Below, piece after piece: positions 29,506 through 39,085 of a stretch of DNA of 64,000 bases. Source of the DNA: a virus. Lineage: Duplodnaviria; Caudoviricetes. The DNA lies in the IMG/VR virus record IMGVR_UViG_3300013830_000006, positions 31,577-95,576 of that record. The stretch is one strand, 5' to 3'. Under the pieces are notes generated by a model, which saw nothing but the letters and a program-made list of their open reading frames with translations, did no database searches and was not told where the DNA came from. The translations under genes were made by a program, and so were the position numbers. Every line of letters begins with the position of its first letter. Positions within the stretch are counted from its first letter, which is position 1.

Positions 29506-30234
29506 TTACTTAGGTCTCCTACCCCTGAGATTGATCTTCTGATATTTAGTCGACGAGAAGATCTTTGCCAATTCTGCAAGAGTCGTCTGCTTGTTAATTT
29601 CATCGAAGCCATATACTTTAAGTACTGACTTGATGGATCTCGAAACATACTTGATGTACTCATGAAACGCAGGGTACACTTCATCAAAAAGATGAACAAT
29701 GTTGTATTCAACAAATACAGCTCTTGCCTTATTTTTCTGTGCCAAAAATTCCTTAGTGACTAACTTCAAATCAAGAAGCTGTGCAAACTTACATTCTCCG
29801 TACGCATGGTACGTAGGAGAATTGTAAATCTGCTTTGTGGATTCTACTCCAATTGACAGAAATGCATCAACCAATTCAGCCCATGCAAATTCGGCATTTT
29901 CAGGAATCTTCTCTGCAAACGGTGTATCCAGATCATACACCTGCTTAGATTCTTCCTGCTCTTCCGCCTTATTGTCAGCCTTACTGCCAGTTACTGCAAA
30001 GCTAATAGACTTATTTGCAGTATTCTTCTGAAGAGCATCCAAAAGAAGTTTACTAGCCTCGTCCTTGGTGAACTCACTAATTGCAATACTAGCACTCTCA
30101 CCTTCCTTACTGCAAACATTAATGTTCACGGTAAGCCCCTTTTCAAAACCAGATAAAACAGCTACAACCATAGCCGTAATTCTAGAATCAACCATATTAT
30201 CATTCTCCAAAAACACGCGTGTTATTGAAGCCAA
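29506..30234 (-). CDS. Hypothetical early protein
   Basis: TTG start with GAGG SD; own promoter at 30261. Confidence 0.6.
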   Translation of the reverse strand: MASITRVFLENDNMVDSRITAMVVAVLSGFEKGLTVNINVCSKEGESASIAISEFTKDEASKLLLDALQKNTANKSISFAVTGSKADNKAEEQEESKQVYDLDTPFAEKIPENAEFAWAELVDAFLSIGVESTKQIYNSPTYHAYGECKFAQLLDLKLVTKEFLAQKNKARAVFVEYNIVHLFDEVYPAFHEYIKYVSRSIKSVLKVYGFDEINKQTTLAELAKIFSSTKYQKINLRGRRPK

Positions 30235-30260
30235 AACAGTTTTAGCCTCAAATCGTTAAA

Positions 30261-30270
30261 GTAATATATA
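30261..30270 (-). promoter_or_regulatory. Early promoter motif TATATATTAC
   Basis: Consensus match; TCA 13 nt upstream. Confidence 0.7.
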
Positions 30271-30513
30271 ATCAAAAAACTGATGAACTAAAAAAAAAAA
30301 TAAAACTGCAATTAGCAGTTCGTATAAGACCGGTGAGCTTCTCCTAATTTCTCTAGGATAACTCACCGGCTGTTCTGTTGCCTATATCAGTAGACTTCAC
30401 AGGGCAACCACAATTTCCCTGCTTATACTACTTAGTTCAGCTTCTGGTCCAGGATGCAGAACGCACCCTCCATTTATTTTTCGACGTTGGGATCTACGTC
30501 GGGAACCACCGGA

Positions 30514-30837
30514 CTAGTGGGTCAACGCCTTAGCGCCGACTACCTGTCCGGCTTCGTTCCTCACGTACTCGGATACGCCGAGCACATCGGAACGGGAGCC
30601 GTGGAGGGCAGTCAACACCATTGCGCTTACCACGTAGTAGGTTCCCTCAACGGGATCAGGTAAACCCTGCACCTCGCCGAACGAGGTGGTGTTTACCTTC
30701 ACACCGTCAAGGAGACCCACCTGCGTGGTATTTACAGCGCAGCGGGCGACGACACCGCTAGCCTCGATGGTTACTGACTCCCCAGTCACCTTAAACAAGG
30801 TGATGGCATGGGGAGTCAAGTTAACCAACGTTGCCAT
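30514..30837 (-). CDS. Small GC-rich phage protein (NLTPH-motif family)
   Basis: GGAGG SD; NLTPHAITL and GLPDPVEGTYYVVS pattern seen in phage hypothetical proteins. Confidence 0.75.
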   Translation of the reverse strand: MATLVNLTPHAITLFKVTGESVTIEASGVVARCAVNTTQVGLLDGVKVNTTSFGEVQGLPDPVEGTYYVVSAMVLTALHGSRSDVLGVSEYVRNEAGQVVGAKALTH

Positions 30838-30946
30838 TGGTATCCTCCAGCACTTGTGGGAGTGCTGTCCCTTGCATAGTCAAGTCGCGTGCTATGCCAC
30901 GGAATTAAACACGTGAGCTTTTATGGCTCATATTTAATTCATAAAA

Positions 30947-30956
30947 ATAATATATA
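30947..30956 (-). promoter_or_regulatory. Early promoter motif TATATATTAT
   Basis: Repeated motif upstream of 30837. Confidence 0.55.
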
Positions 30957-31028
30957 GACAAAAAAAAGACACCTACATATTTCTATGTAGGTGCCCATAA
31001 CTCAATTATACGTATAACTAGTTAACTA

Positions 31029-31649
31029 TTAACCATGCAGCGATGTAGGATCCGTGAAATCCAAATGACGGGTTTTAGGATTATCCATAAACTCATCAAT
31101 GTAATCACGAGTGCTGCTGAGAGCCAGAGCCTGTTCCGGAGTAAGCTCACGGTCATCAGAATCACTCTTATATTCTACATCAATCTTATTGTCCTTGATA
31201 TCGTCTGCAGTATACCTTATCTTACCAGATTCACATGCGTTCTCAAAAGGATCGTTGATAGGCAACTCTTCAGGTTTAAACCCAAAGCCATCAATTCTCC
31301 CTTCGTTGAACATATCTCTGAGAGGTTCATAAGTAACGATTCCCATCCTCATACAAGGCGGAACACCTCTCATGAGTTCATCCATTGATGAAATCTCACG
31401 ATATTCATCGAAACACTCATAGCCAACAGCAATAGCTTTGAGTTCCTCAGCACTCTGACGAATAGGTTCAACTATATGCGTCATGTACGTCTGGTACCCT
31501 TCTCGCATAGGATCTGCTTCTGATCCAAAGTAACTACGACCACCTGTAGTACTCTCCAGATTATTAAGCAGCATTTGCTGAGAATTGCCACCCAACAAAC
31601 TTCCTAACGAGAATAGATTACTGTTGACACGTAACGTGTCAATTATCAT
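31029..31649 (-). CDS. Conserved jumbo-phage protein (phiKZ gp59-like position)
   Basis: ATG overlaps the TGA of nvRNAP exon 2 (ATGA); GGAGG SD; synteny. Confidence 0.6.
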   Translation of the reverse strand: MIIDTLRVNSNLFSLGSLLGGNSQQMLLNNLESTTGGRSYFGSEADPMREGYQTYMTHIVEPIRQSAEELKAIAVGYECFDEYREISSMDELMRGVPPCMRMGIVTYEPLRDMFNEGRIDGFGFKPEELPINDPFENACESGKIRYTADDIKDNKIDVEYKSDSDDRELTPEQALALSSTRDYIDEFMDNPKTRHLDFTDPTSLHG

Positions 31650-31854
31650 TTTACCTCCTCATAATAATCACTATCTTTGTCATACTCCATATAGTTCTCA
31701 AGCATGACATACATTTGATTGAGCAATGTTACACTATCACTCAATCCTGGATTTCTCACATTGAATAAGAATTGCGACGGATGCGCAGCAGATAATGCTT
31801 CCGCTAACTCATCTTCAAATATGAAAAAGCCATATAACTCGTCACCATCGAAAT
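31646..31854 (-). CDS. nvRNAP beta'-like N-terminal subunit, exon 2 (DFDGDELYGFFIFEDELAEAL...EEVK*)
   Basis: Absent from the ORF track; begins AT TTC GAT GGT GAC and stays open to the TGA at 31646..31648. Confidence 0.9.
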
Positions 31855-32313
31855 GTCGGGATAGATTGTTTATTCAATATTCTAATATTGAACAAACTAC
31901 CCCCCGCCAAACCGTACGTACGACTTTCGCCGTATACGGCTTTCACCGAGTATTTCTACTCGCTAGAATCCTTCTCTCCACTGTTTATTATCACAGTTTC
32001 ACAGATACTATGATTCCTCCGATTTCTCTCAAAAGAGAGACGTCCCTTACGAAATTTCGATCTTCAGTATATGAGTTCTTTTAGGTACTGCATATCCTTC
32101 AGAGCGCATCCAGATTTTTAATCCGTACTCATTTGGTAACATAGACTTATTTTAATCAAATGAGCTAGCCCCTGATGACTAATCCAGTTCGTGTTCCTTA
32201 CCATAAGAACTTCCGCATCTGAGGTCTTTCCACAAAATACATCGCTATATTCTGCTGTCCTCTTCAAATGCTTTGCATTTTTCAGCAAATCGATCGAACT
32301 CAATAAGGCATAC
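31855..32313 (-). mobile_element. ORF-less group II intron, 459 nt
   Basis: 34-nt domain V AAGCCGTATACGGCGAAAGTCGTACGTACGGTTT (31909..31942); domain VI ending CTATCCCGAC; 5' GTATG; EBS1 CTATGTT (32138..32144) complementary to the exon end AACATAG; removal restores NIDFDGD. Confidence 0.92.
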
Positions 32314-33613
32314 CTATGTTTGCCGGTGTAACTATACTTGCATTAATCTCAAGAGTTTCATCTGCTGGATTAGTCTTGAAATTTCTAACATATAGCAACA
32401 TCATTGATCCATAATTTAACGTAGGGTTACGCCCCAGCATTATGGGTATTTTACCTTTAGGTGTTTCATTAATATAATCTCTAAGACACTTCTCAACCAA
32501 TGGATCATATTTCGTTAATGCACTATAGAAAATATTAACTGCTTCATCAACTGTCTTTCCATATCTTTTAACCAGAAAATTCAGGATAATTAACTTAAGA
32601 CAATTTACAATTATACACCATGGGAGCACTATCTCATCCATAGGCATAGCTGAGGTATGTGGGCGAACAACAGTTCTGAATCCATAATGAATTCTTGAAC
32701 CGAATACATGTTTTCTTAATATACCTTTCTTGCCATTAAGTTTAACCTTAACCAAATTATCGTAATAATTCAATATTGTCTGATAAATCTTAAACAAAGC
32801 CTTATCTACGTGAAGATTTCTCTTTCCGCTTTTAACCTGAAATGCTATCGCAGATAAATTAATTACCGCTTCAAGTACTGCTGAAGCAGTTCTATCACTA
32901 TACTTTAACGTTGCTCCATTATCAGTCATCGGATGCAGTGAATTGTGCAATATCGGTAACTTACTGCAAAACATACATTGCCGATATTTCTGACAAAATT
33001 TCACTACATCATCAACTGCTGCTTTAGTAGCTGTAGGCGTATACTTATTAAGCCACACATCCAGATAATAATCAGCATTTTCATAAAACGCTTTAAATCC
33101 TCTGCCTACTATGTATCGCATGAAATCTTCTGGAAGACCTACCTTATAATCCTTATCTTTTTCAAGTTCAGGATTAAGAACGAAATCCAGTAACGATACT
33201 TCTTTCTTGAGAATTCTTATCGTTGTAAATTTCTTCAGTATTGTATACCAGATAGGATGAAGAACTGGTCCCATTTCATCCGGTATGGAGATCCATGCTA
33301 CATGTTCCAACCTCTCAATAAACAGTGATGAGCACTTCGTTCCGCAATCAGGACATACTGCTCCCATTTTGGATACGCCGTGTGTCTTACCGCACTCACA
33401 GGTAGGTACAAAACCCAAGTCACCATCAGTATTACTGATAATAGCTTTATTTGTATCCTCGGTTAAGTTCTTCCCTACTAACGAGCCGTTGTTAATCACC
33501 TTGGCCGTAGCCGAATTTGAATACAACGAATCCAGATCAATCAACTTAGGATTATGTACTAAATCCACATTTTCTTGTTCTGGAGTTATATTCAAAATGT
33601 TTTTAGGATCCAT
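32314..33613 (-). CDS. nvRNAP beta'-like N-terminal subunit (phiKZ gp55-like), exon 1; spliced product 502 aa
   Basis: CECG...CPDC zinc ribbon, GKKGILRKHVFGSR, LGRNPTL; ends AAC ATA G just before the catalytic motif. Confidence 0.9.
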
Positions 33614-33625
33614 ACTTACTCCTTA

Positions 33626-33865
33626 TTATAGATCTATTTCAACTTCCTCTATTGCAACAAATGCATCTCTAGACTTGCCCAATAAACTCAATTTCCTCCT
33701 CGTGTTAACAATAACATCAATCTTAGACATCGCCCTGACTCTGACGAACCTAATATTATTCGTATCAAAGTTTGCATTACCTGAATAACTATACAGCTTT
33801 TCAGATAATTGCGGAGCATATATCTTTGGTCCATCAACATTAACGATGGCTACAAATATTTTCAT
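33626..33865 (-). CDS. Small hypothetical protein
   Basis: ORF with GGAG SD between chmA and the gp55-like gene. Confidence 0.5.
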   Translation of the reverse strand: MKIFVAIVNVDGPKIYAPQLSEKLYSYSGNANFDTNNIRFVRVRAMSKIDVIVNTRRKLSLLGKSRDAFVAIEEVEIDL

Positions 33866-33985
33866 AATAACTCCAATCATTAATACATTTTATATGTCGT
33901 GTAAATAACAAAAAATATACCCCGCAACCTATTACAGTTGCAGGGTACTTTTAACAATCAGATTATCTTATTGTTGTTATTTTGA

Positions 33986-35590
33986 TTAATGGAAGAATGC
34001 AGTAAACGGTGTGTAGTCATTACCGTATACAGCACCACCATTAACCCTTGCAGAATACTGTCCATAATCTGCAAGATCGTCAAACGTAACGAATTCGCTG
34101 AAGGATTTGTTAAAGTTGAGATCCGTAAGATTCTGAGCAATAGCTACAAGCAGATGTGCAGGAAGAACCACAACATCAGTTCTATACAGCATCTTAGTGG
34201 TAGACTCAACAGCCTTGAGCTCATTCATTCTATCCCTAAGGCTCTCCTTCTTGAACAGAAGTCCCTCGAGCTCAGCTGCCCTAGCAGGAGTCTTGGAATA
34301 CTCCATCAGGAAGTCAATAAGTGCGGTATCATAGGACTGATTACCGTGCTTAAATGTACCACGATAGAACGGCAGAGTCAGCGAGAACCTATCTGCTGTA
34401 CCGTTTATTGCATATGACACATTTGCAAACTTACTGAACGCATCATAGATTGCACTTATAGTACCATTCCTTGCATCGGTGGCGTAATACTCAATGCCAT
34501 TGATCGATGCTCGACCCTCAGTCACGTCAAGGACGAATACCGGTTTAGTAATGTAACTGATTCTGAACTGATCAAGTTCAGCCTGATTCTTGCAGAACCA
34601 ACGATTGCCTATCTTGCCCTGATTCTGCTGAGAATTATCAGGTATCAGATTACCAATGTTCTGTTTGCCATCATACCTGGCGTATTGATTCCACCAAGCA
34701 CCGCTGGCAATAAACTGACGATTAGCAAGCGCCAGGAACATCGGCATCAGAGATGCTGACGGAACAGTGGCGATGATCTCAGAAATATGAACGAACGGCA
34801 CGAACAGCGTCTCGCTCGGATTCTTACGAACAAAATCTACATACCCAGAAATTGCAACAAACGGAGTTTTCGGCTGGTAGATGTTGCTATAGTAACCCTC
34901 ATCGATCGCGTTATTATTGTTGCCGTGCTTATTCTCGCCAATGTACATGACAAGACTGATGTCATGACGCAGAGGTACAGCGTGCGGACTATACTGATTA
35001 AACACAGTCATAAAATCATCCGGATTATCGCTATAACTGAACTGTGTATTGGACAGATCAGCGGCAGTAATACCGTTTACGTCCTCAGTATTGTTCACGA
35101 CATTGAACAGTCTAATCAGATACTGGTACATCTGACTAACCAGTTCATAGTCCTCCTCCGCAACCACAATAAACTTAATTAACGTGGCCTCAGGATGAGT
35201 TCTGAGAAGTTCATTGTAAGCCGGCTTGTCGTAACGGCTGCAGGGCATTCCGTCTTCAGAAGAACTGCCATTCTCAAAAACAAGAATAACTGCATTCTTA
35301 CCACTAAGGATAGCAACACCGTACTTGGGAACAGTAAGTCTTACAAAAGTGAACTTATCCCCAAAGTCCCTGGCAAAGAACTGCTTAAGCTGCTCCGTAT
35401 ACTTCATCGGTGCAGCGGAGTCGTCAGAAATTGACGCATATCTGCCGACGATCTTAGACAGATTAGGAGCATTCTTCCCATCGTCACGACCAGCCTGGAA
35501 AGTATTGCCCTGAGGAGAGAACTGCTGCTGCTCATCAGTGAATGAAGGTCCAGTAGCTGGATCGTTCTGATCTACTCTTATTTTGGTCAT
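33986..35590 (-). CDS. chmA: Chimallin, major phage-nucleus shell protein (phiKZ gp54-like)
   Basis: Just upstream of the gp55-like gene, early promoter, Gln-rich flexible N-terminus; PLRHDI, QNIGNL and PVFVLDV resemble recalled ChmA segments; aromatic C-terminus. Confidence 0.8.
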   Translation of the reverse strand: MTKIRVDQNDPATGPSFTDEQQQFSPQGNTFQAGRDDGKNAPNLSKIVGRYASISDDSAAPMKYTEQLKQFFARDFGDKFTFVRLTVPKYGVAILSGKNAVILVFENGSSSEDGMPCSRYDKPAYNELLRTHPEATLIKFIVVAEEDYELVSQMYQYLIRLFNVVNNTEDVNGITAADLSNTQFSYSDNPDDFMTVFNQYSPHAVPLRHDISLVMYIGENKHGNNNNAIDEGYYSNIYQPKTPFVAISGYVDFVRKNPSETLFVPFVHISEIIATVPSASLMPMFLALANRQFIASGAWWNQYARYDGKQNIGNLIPDNSQQNQGKIGNRWFCKNQAELDQFRISYITKPVFVLDVTEGRASINGIEYYATDARNGTISAIYDAFSKFANVSYAINGTADRFSLTLPFYRGTFKHGNQSYDTALIDFLMEYSKTPARAAELEGLLFKKESLRDRMNELKAVESTTKMLYRTDVVVLPAHLLVAIAQNLTDLNFNKSFSEFVTFDDLADYGQYSARVNGGAVYGNDYTPFTAFFH

Positions 35591-35709
35591 TATTTTTCTC
35601 CTTATAATAACCTTGATTAACGTTAATCATCGAAGTAAATGCTTCGATAACTCCTATGTGTACACATTTAGTAATTCATATCGAATAATCAATACAAATT
35701 ACCAAATAA

Positions 35710-35719
35710 ATAATATATA
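35710..35719 (-). promoter_or_regulatory. Early promoter motif TATATATTAT upstream of chmA
   Basis: Repeated motif; TCA 13 nt upstream. Confidence 0.65.
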
Positions 35720-35897
35720 TCTAAAATGGTAATGAACTTTAGACAAACAATTGTAGGGTTTTGCTAAATCCCTTTTCGAGATTTAGACTTTCTATATTAT
35801 GTATATAGTCTAATACAAAAATATCATTTTTAGCATTCTTATACTCCCAGCATTCAATAGATAGTACTAACTAATAAATTATAGGACTCGTATTAAT

Positions 35898-37064
35898 ATG
35901 ATTAGTATGCTTATCCCATATTTAAGAGATGATGCTCCAAAAGCATTACCACCTTATCAGACCTTTTTGAAACAGCAATCTATCTTTATCAGAGAAAGAT
36001 TCAAACGGCTATATAAGTCAGAAGGTTATGAAAGTCATGCCGTAAGACTTCTGCGTTATATTATTAATAATGCAGATTTTGATCTATTGGAAAGGCAAGG
36101 TAATAATTTTGACCGATACATGTATCATCTGAGATTTATTAAAGCTTCTCTTGATAATATCTTTGATAGAATTTCCAGAGGAAGAGGATACCGAAATATT
36201 TTCTTCAAATCAGAAAGAAAGACAGAGGAATTTATTCTTCCAGTTGAAGACCTCAATACACTTGTCCATCTTCCTTTAGATACAGAAGATTGGGAAACCT
36301 GGAAAAAAGTAAGACCAGTAAGATTATGGGATCATAACTCTGATGAATTCACAGTGAACTTACTTAATGACCGATTTACTTTTACCAGAGGATTAGAACC
36401 AACCAATGCTATAATCCTAATTGATGTAGTAGCTCTTATTCTCAAATACTTTATTTGGAAAAAACATCAGAGAGATTTGGAGCCAAATAAAGAATTAGCT
36501 ATAACTACTCCTCAGCAATTATTTTTGCACAAATATGTCATGTGCGATTTAATCTGGGATAATGCTAATATCTGGCTACTTAATCAGATGAATAAAGCAT
36601 TAACCTCTGATATCTCCATGACTCATATGTTATTTAACCAAAATACTTTATGTGTTAATGATCAATGGGGCTGGATTAACTCTGAATGTGAAAGAGCTTT
36701 TTCTTATTTAATGAAGTTAATCAGAGATACTTCTAAAACTTTCAGACCAGAAGGATTTCTTAATTGCAAATTATTATTCGGCGGTAATATAAGCAATAGA
36801 TGCAGATTTACCGATGATGATTTAAATTTGCCACTGTATCACAAATATGATTATTTACGGTTTTTAAGAGATAGAAAATTATTCAATATTGTAATAAATG
36901 TATTCAAGTTACGTCCTGATCTTCCTGCTACCAGAAATCTGATTCTCAATGTCAGAAAAGATTTCAAACGAATGCTGGTAAGAAAGCCGTGGACTGTCTG
37001 CAATACTACTTCATTGAAAAATGAAATAGAAGACGAAATGAATATGATGTATGAACTATTATAA
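35898..37064 (+). CDS. Conserved jumbo-phage hypothetical protein
   Basis: 388-aa ORF with AGGA SD. Confidence 0.65.
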   Translation: MISMLIPYLRDDAPKALPPYQTFLKQQSIFIRERFKRLYKSEGYESHAVRLLRYIINNADFDLLERQGNNFDRYMYHLRFIKASLDNIFDRISRGRGYRNIFFKSERKTEEFILPVEDLNTLVHLPLDTEDWETWKKVRPVRLWDHNSDEFTVNLLNDRFTFTRGLEPTNAIILIDVVALILKYFIWKKHQRDLEPNKELAITTPQQLFLHKYVMCDLIWDNANIWLLNQMNKALTSDISMTHMLFNQNTLCVNDQWGWINSECERAFSYLMKLIRDTSKTFRPEGFLNCKLLFGGNISNRCRFTDDDLNLPLYHKYDYLRFLRDRKLFNIVINVFKLRPDLPATRNLILNVRKDFKRMLVRKPWTVCNTTSLKNEIEDEMNMMYELL

Positions 37065-37105
37065 ATGATACAACTCAGAGGTTTTATTCCTCTGAGCTGT
37101 ATTTA

Positions 37106-38464
37106 TTATTCATCCAAATCCTTTTCTGGATCCATAAACAGTGCAATTTCCGAAGTAAAGTTAAAGCATTTCTGACCTGCTATTCTAAATTCAAGTTCGT
37201 GTGATGAATACATAGTCGACAATACTCTGCCTTTCTTAGAAGAGAAAATATCTCCATTATCATCATAACAATATCTTACTGTTTGACCAGGTAAAATAGC
37301 TCTTGGTATAGCATTCTTCCACCCAACCTTCATTACGGATCCATTGTACATAGCCATCTCAGAAGTTGACACATAGATATTAGATCTGGTACCATCAAAT
37401 TTAACATTCTGAGATTTACTATTCATACTTCCTTTCTTATTCGCCATCTGTACAACAGTAGCTTTTTCATTAGATACAGTAACAGTACCATCTGTTTTCA
37501 TAGAAGAAAAACCATCAGTCATATTGTCACTGTTGAGAGACATTCTGCAACTTCCAGCGTTTTCTTCGCCAACAGTATTAAGTGATTTCATATCCTTATT
37601 TGAATTAGATACTATCCATAAATCATCATCTACAAAGCAATGATAATGATTCACTCCAGCATAAGCGTCATTAGGCACATTGATGATACGCAATATACCA
37701 TCAGCAGTGTTATTCTCAAGATTGGTATCATACATCGGATAAACAAACATAGTATCATCTGTAAAATACCAGCCTATTCCAGTTGAATATACACCATATC
37801 TATTCTGAATATATGAGAATACATCAGTCATTCCTTTAACTGGTGGAATAACAAAATTGCTATAAATCTGAGGATTTTTTGGAGGAACAATTTTAACTTT
37901 TTCGACATCAAACTGATAACATACAAACCTAAGCATATCTTCTACTGTTACACCTGTAGTCATACAGTTAATTTGCTTATGTCTTAAATCATAAGCAGTA
38001 TGCTCAATAAGATGTATAGTATACGATATCATCTTAAGTGCCTGTTCTGGTGTATCCGGTTTATTAGCTGGTGCGTTAATTAAATTCGGATTTTGCAATT
38101 TGGCTATATCTGGCTGATCATCGAGAATAGCCCGTGTCTTGATAATGATAGGAGCCAGATTATACAGTTCTCTTCCTTTCTCATCATCTACAAAATACAG
38201 AGTTATAGTACATTCCAAATCCTGCATATTGGCTGTTATAGCAGCATAATCAGTATACTGTACTGGAAATGTTACCTGAATAGCATCCATATAACTTCCA
38301 AGAAAGTTCTGATTGATATCCAGATTATCTATCCATAACGGCGAAAACTTAAAACCTGTTTCAGGATTATGCAAGATAATTGTAGGCTTAAATACACAGG
38401 CAGGATTTACTGAAAAAACTGTATTTGCTTGTCTGGTTAATCTTTCGCTTAATTTGTGATACAT
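37106..38464 (-). CDS. Putative virion protein (baseplate hub-like)
   Basis: 452 aa, beta-rich; YIQNRYGVYSTG and ILPGQTVRY pattern; structural-gene context. Confidence 0.5.
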   Translation of the reverse strand: MYHKLSERLTRQANTVFSVNPACVFKPTIILHNPETGFKFSPLWIDNLDINQNFLGSYMDAIQVTFPVQYTDYAAITANMQDLECTITLYFVDDEKGRELYNLAPIIIKTRAILDDQPDIAKLQNPNLINAPANKPDTPEQALKMISYTIHLIEHTAYDLRHKQINCMTTGVTVEDMLRFVCYQFDVEKVKIVPPKNPQIYSNFVIPPVKGMTDVFSYIQNRYGVYSTGIGWYFTDDTMFVYPMYDTNLENNTADGILRIINVPNDAYAGVNHYHCFVDDDLWIVSNSNKDMKSLNTVGEENAGSCRMSLNSDNMTDGFSSMKTDGTVTVSNEKATVVQMANKKGSMNSKSQNVKFDGTRSNIYVSTSEMAMYNGSVMKVGWKNAIPRAILPGQTVRYCYDDNGDIFSSKKGRVLSTMYSSHELEFRIAGQKCFNFTSEIALFMDPEKDLDE

Positions 38465-38467
38465 AGA

Positions 38468-39073
38468 TTATTTTCCTACAAATTTCTTAAGTATACTGAG
38501 AATACGTGGAGTAGTATCTTTAGGAGAATATTTATGAATGGTTCTCTTATTAGCTTTTCGCATAACATTTAAGAACTTCTCCACCTTGGTTTTATAAGCT
38601 TTCACAGCAATATCATCTGCTACACCAGGTTGCTGCATTTGTTCATAGTACTGTTCCACTATTTCAATTATTACCGGTATATCCTGTTCTCTGGATAATT
38701 GCCAAGGCTGATTGTTAAACGTAAGTTCAATCATATTGGCAATAGTAAATGCTCCTCTGGCATAATCGGTAAAATCTTCCGGATCGTAATAGGGAGAAAT
38801 GCCATACTTCTTAAAATATTCGGGCACAGGAGTAAACGATTGCGGATAACTGCCTTTGAAAGATTTATTATTGATAACATCAGTTATTGTTTCAAATCTA
38901 TCAGGAGTATGTGGAGGTTCGTATGGACTCATCGGATCATAAGCAGTCATGCCTTTAAGATTCATATTTCTTGGGGGCTGTCTAGTATCCGGCTGCTTAT
39001 AAACTTCTTTAACTCTGGCAACTTCTTTTTCATATTTCTGTAACAGATCTAAATCCTGAAATGATGATTCCAT
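38468..39073 (-). CDS. Hypothetical protein
   Basis: 201-aa ORF in the operon. Confidence 0.6.
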   Translation of the reverse strand: MESSFQDLDLLQKYEKEVARVKEVYKQPDTRQPPRNMNLKGMTAYDPMSPYEPPHTPDRFETITDVINNKSFKGSYPQSFTPVPEYFKKYGISPYYDPEDFTDYARGAFTIANMIELTFNNQPWQLSREQDIPVIIEIVEQYYEQMQQPGVADDIAVKAYKTKVEKFLNVMRKANKRTIHKYSPKDTTPRILSILKKFVGK

Positions 39074-39085
39074 AATAAACCTCTA

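Noticed and set aside
31719-32084. Plus-strand 121-aa ORF (and minus-strand 61-aa ORF 32118..32303) as an intron-encoded protein
   Set aside because: No RT, maturase or endonuclease motifs; one is antisense to the intron and exon 2, the other lies in domain I
32300-33613. gp55-like gene as a truncated pseudogene or frameshift
   Set aside because: The missing catalytic end is present as exon 2 behind a recognisable group II intron
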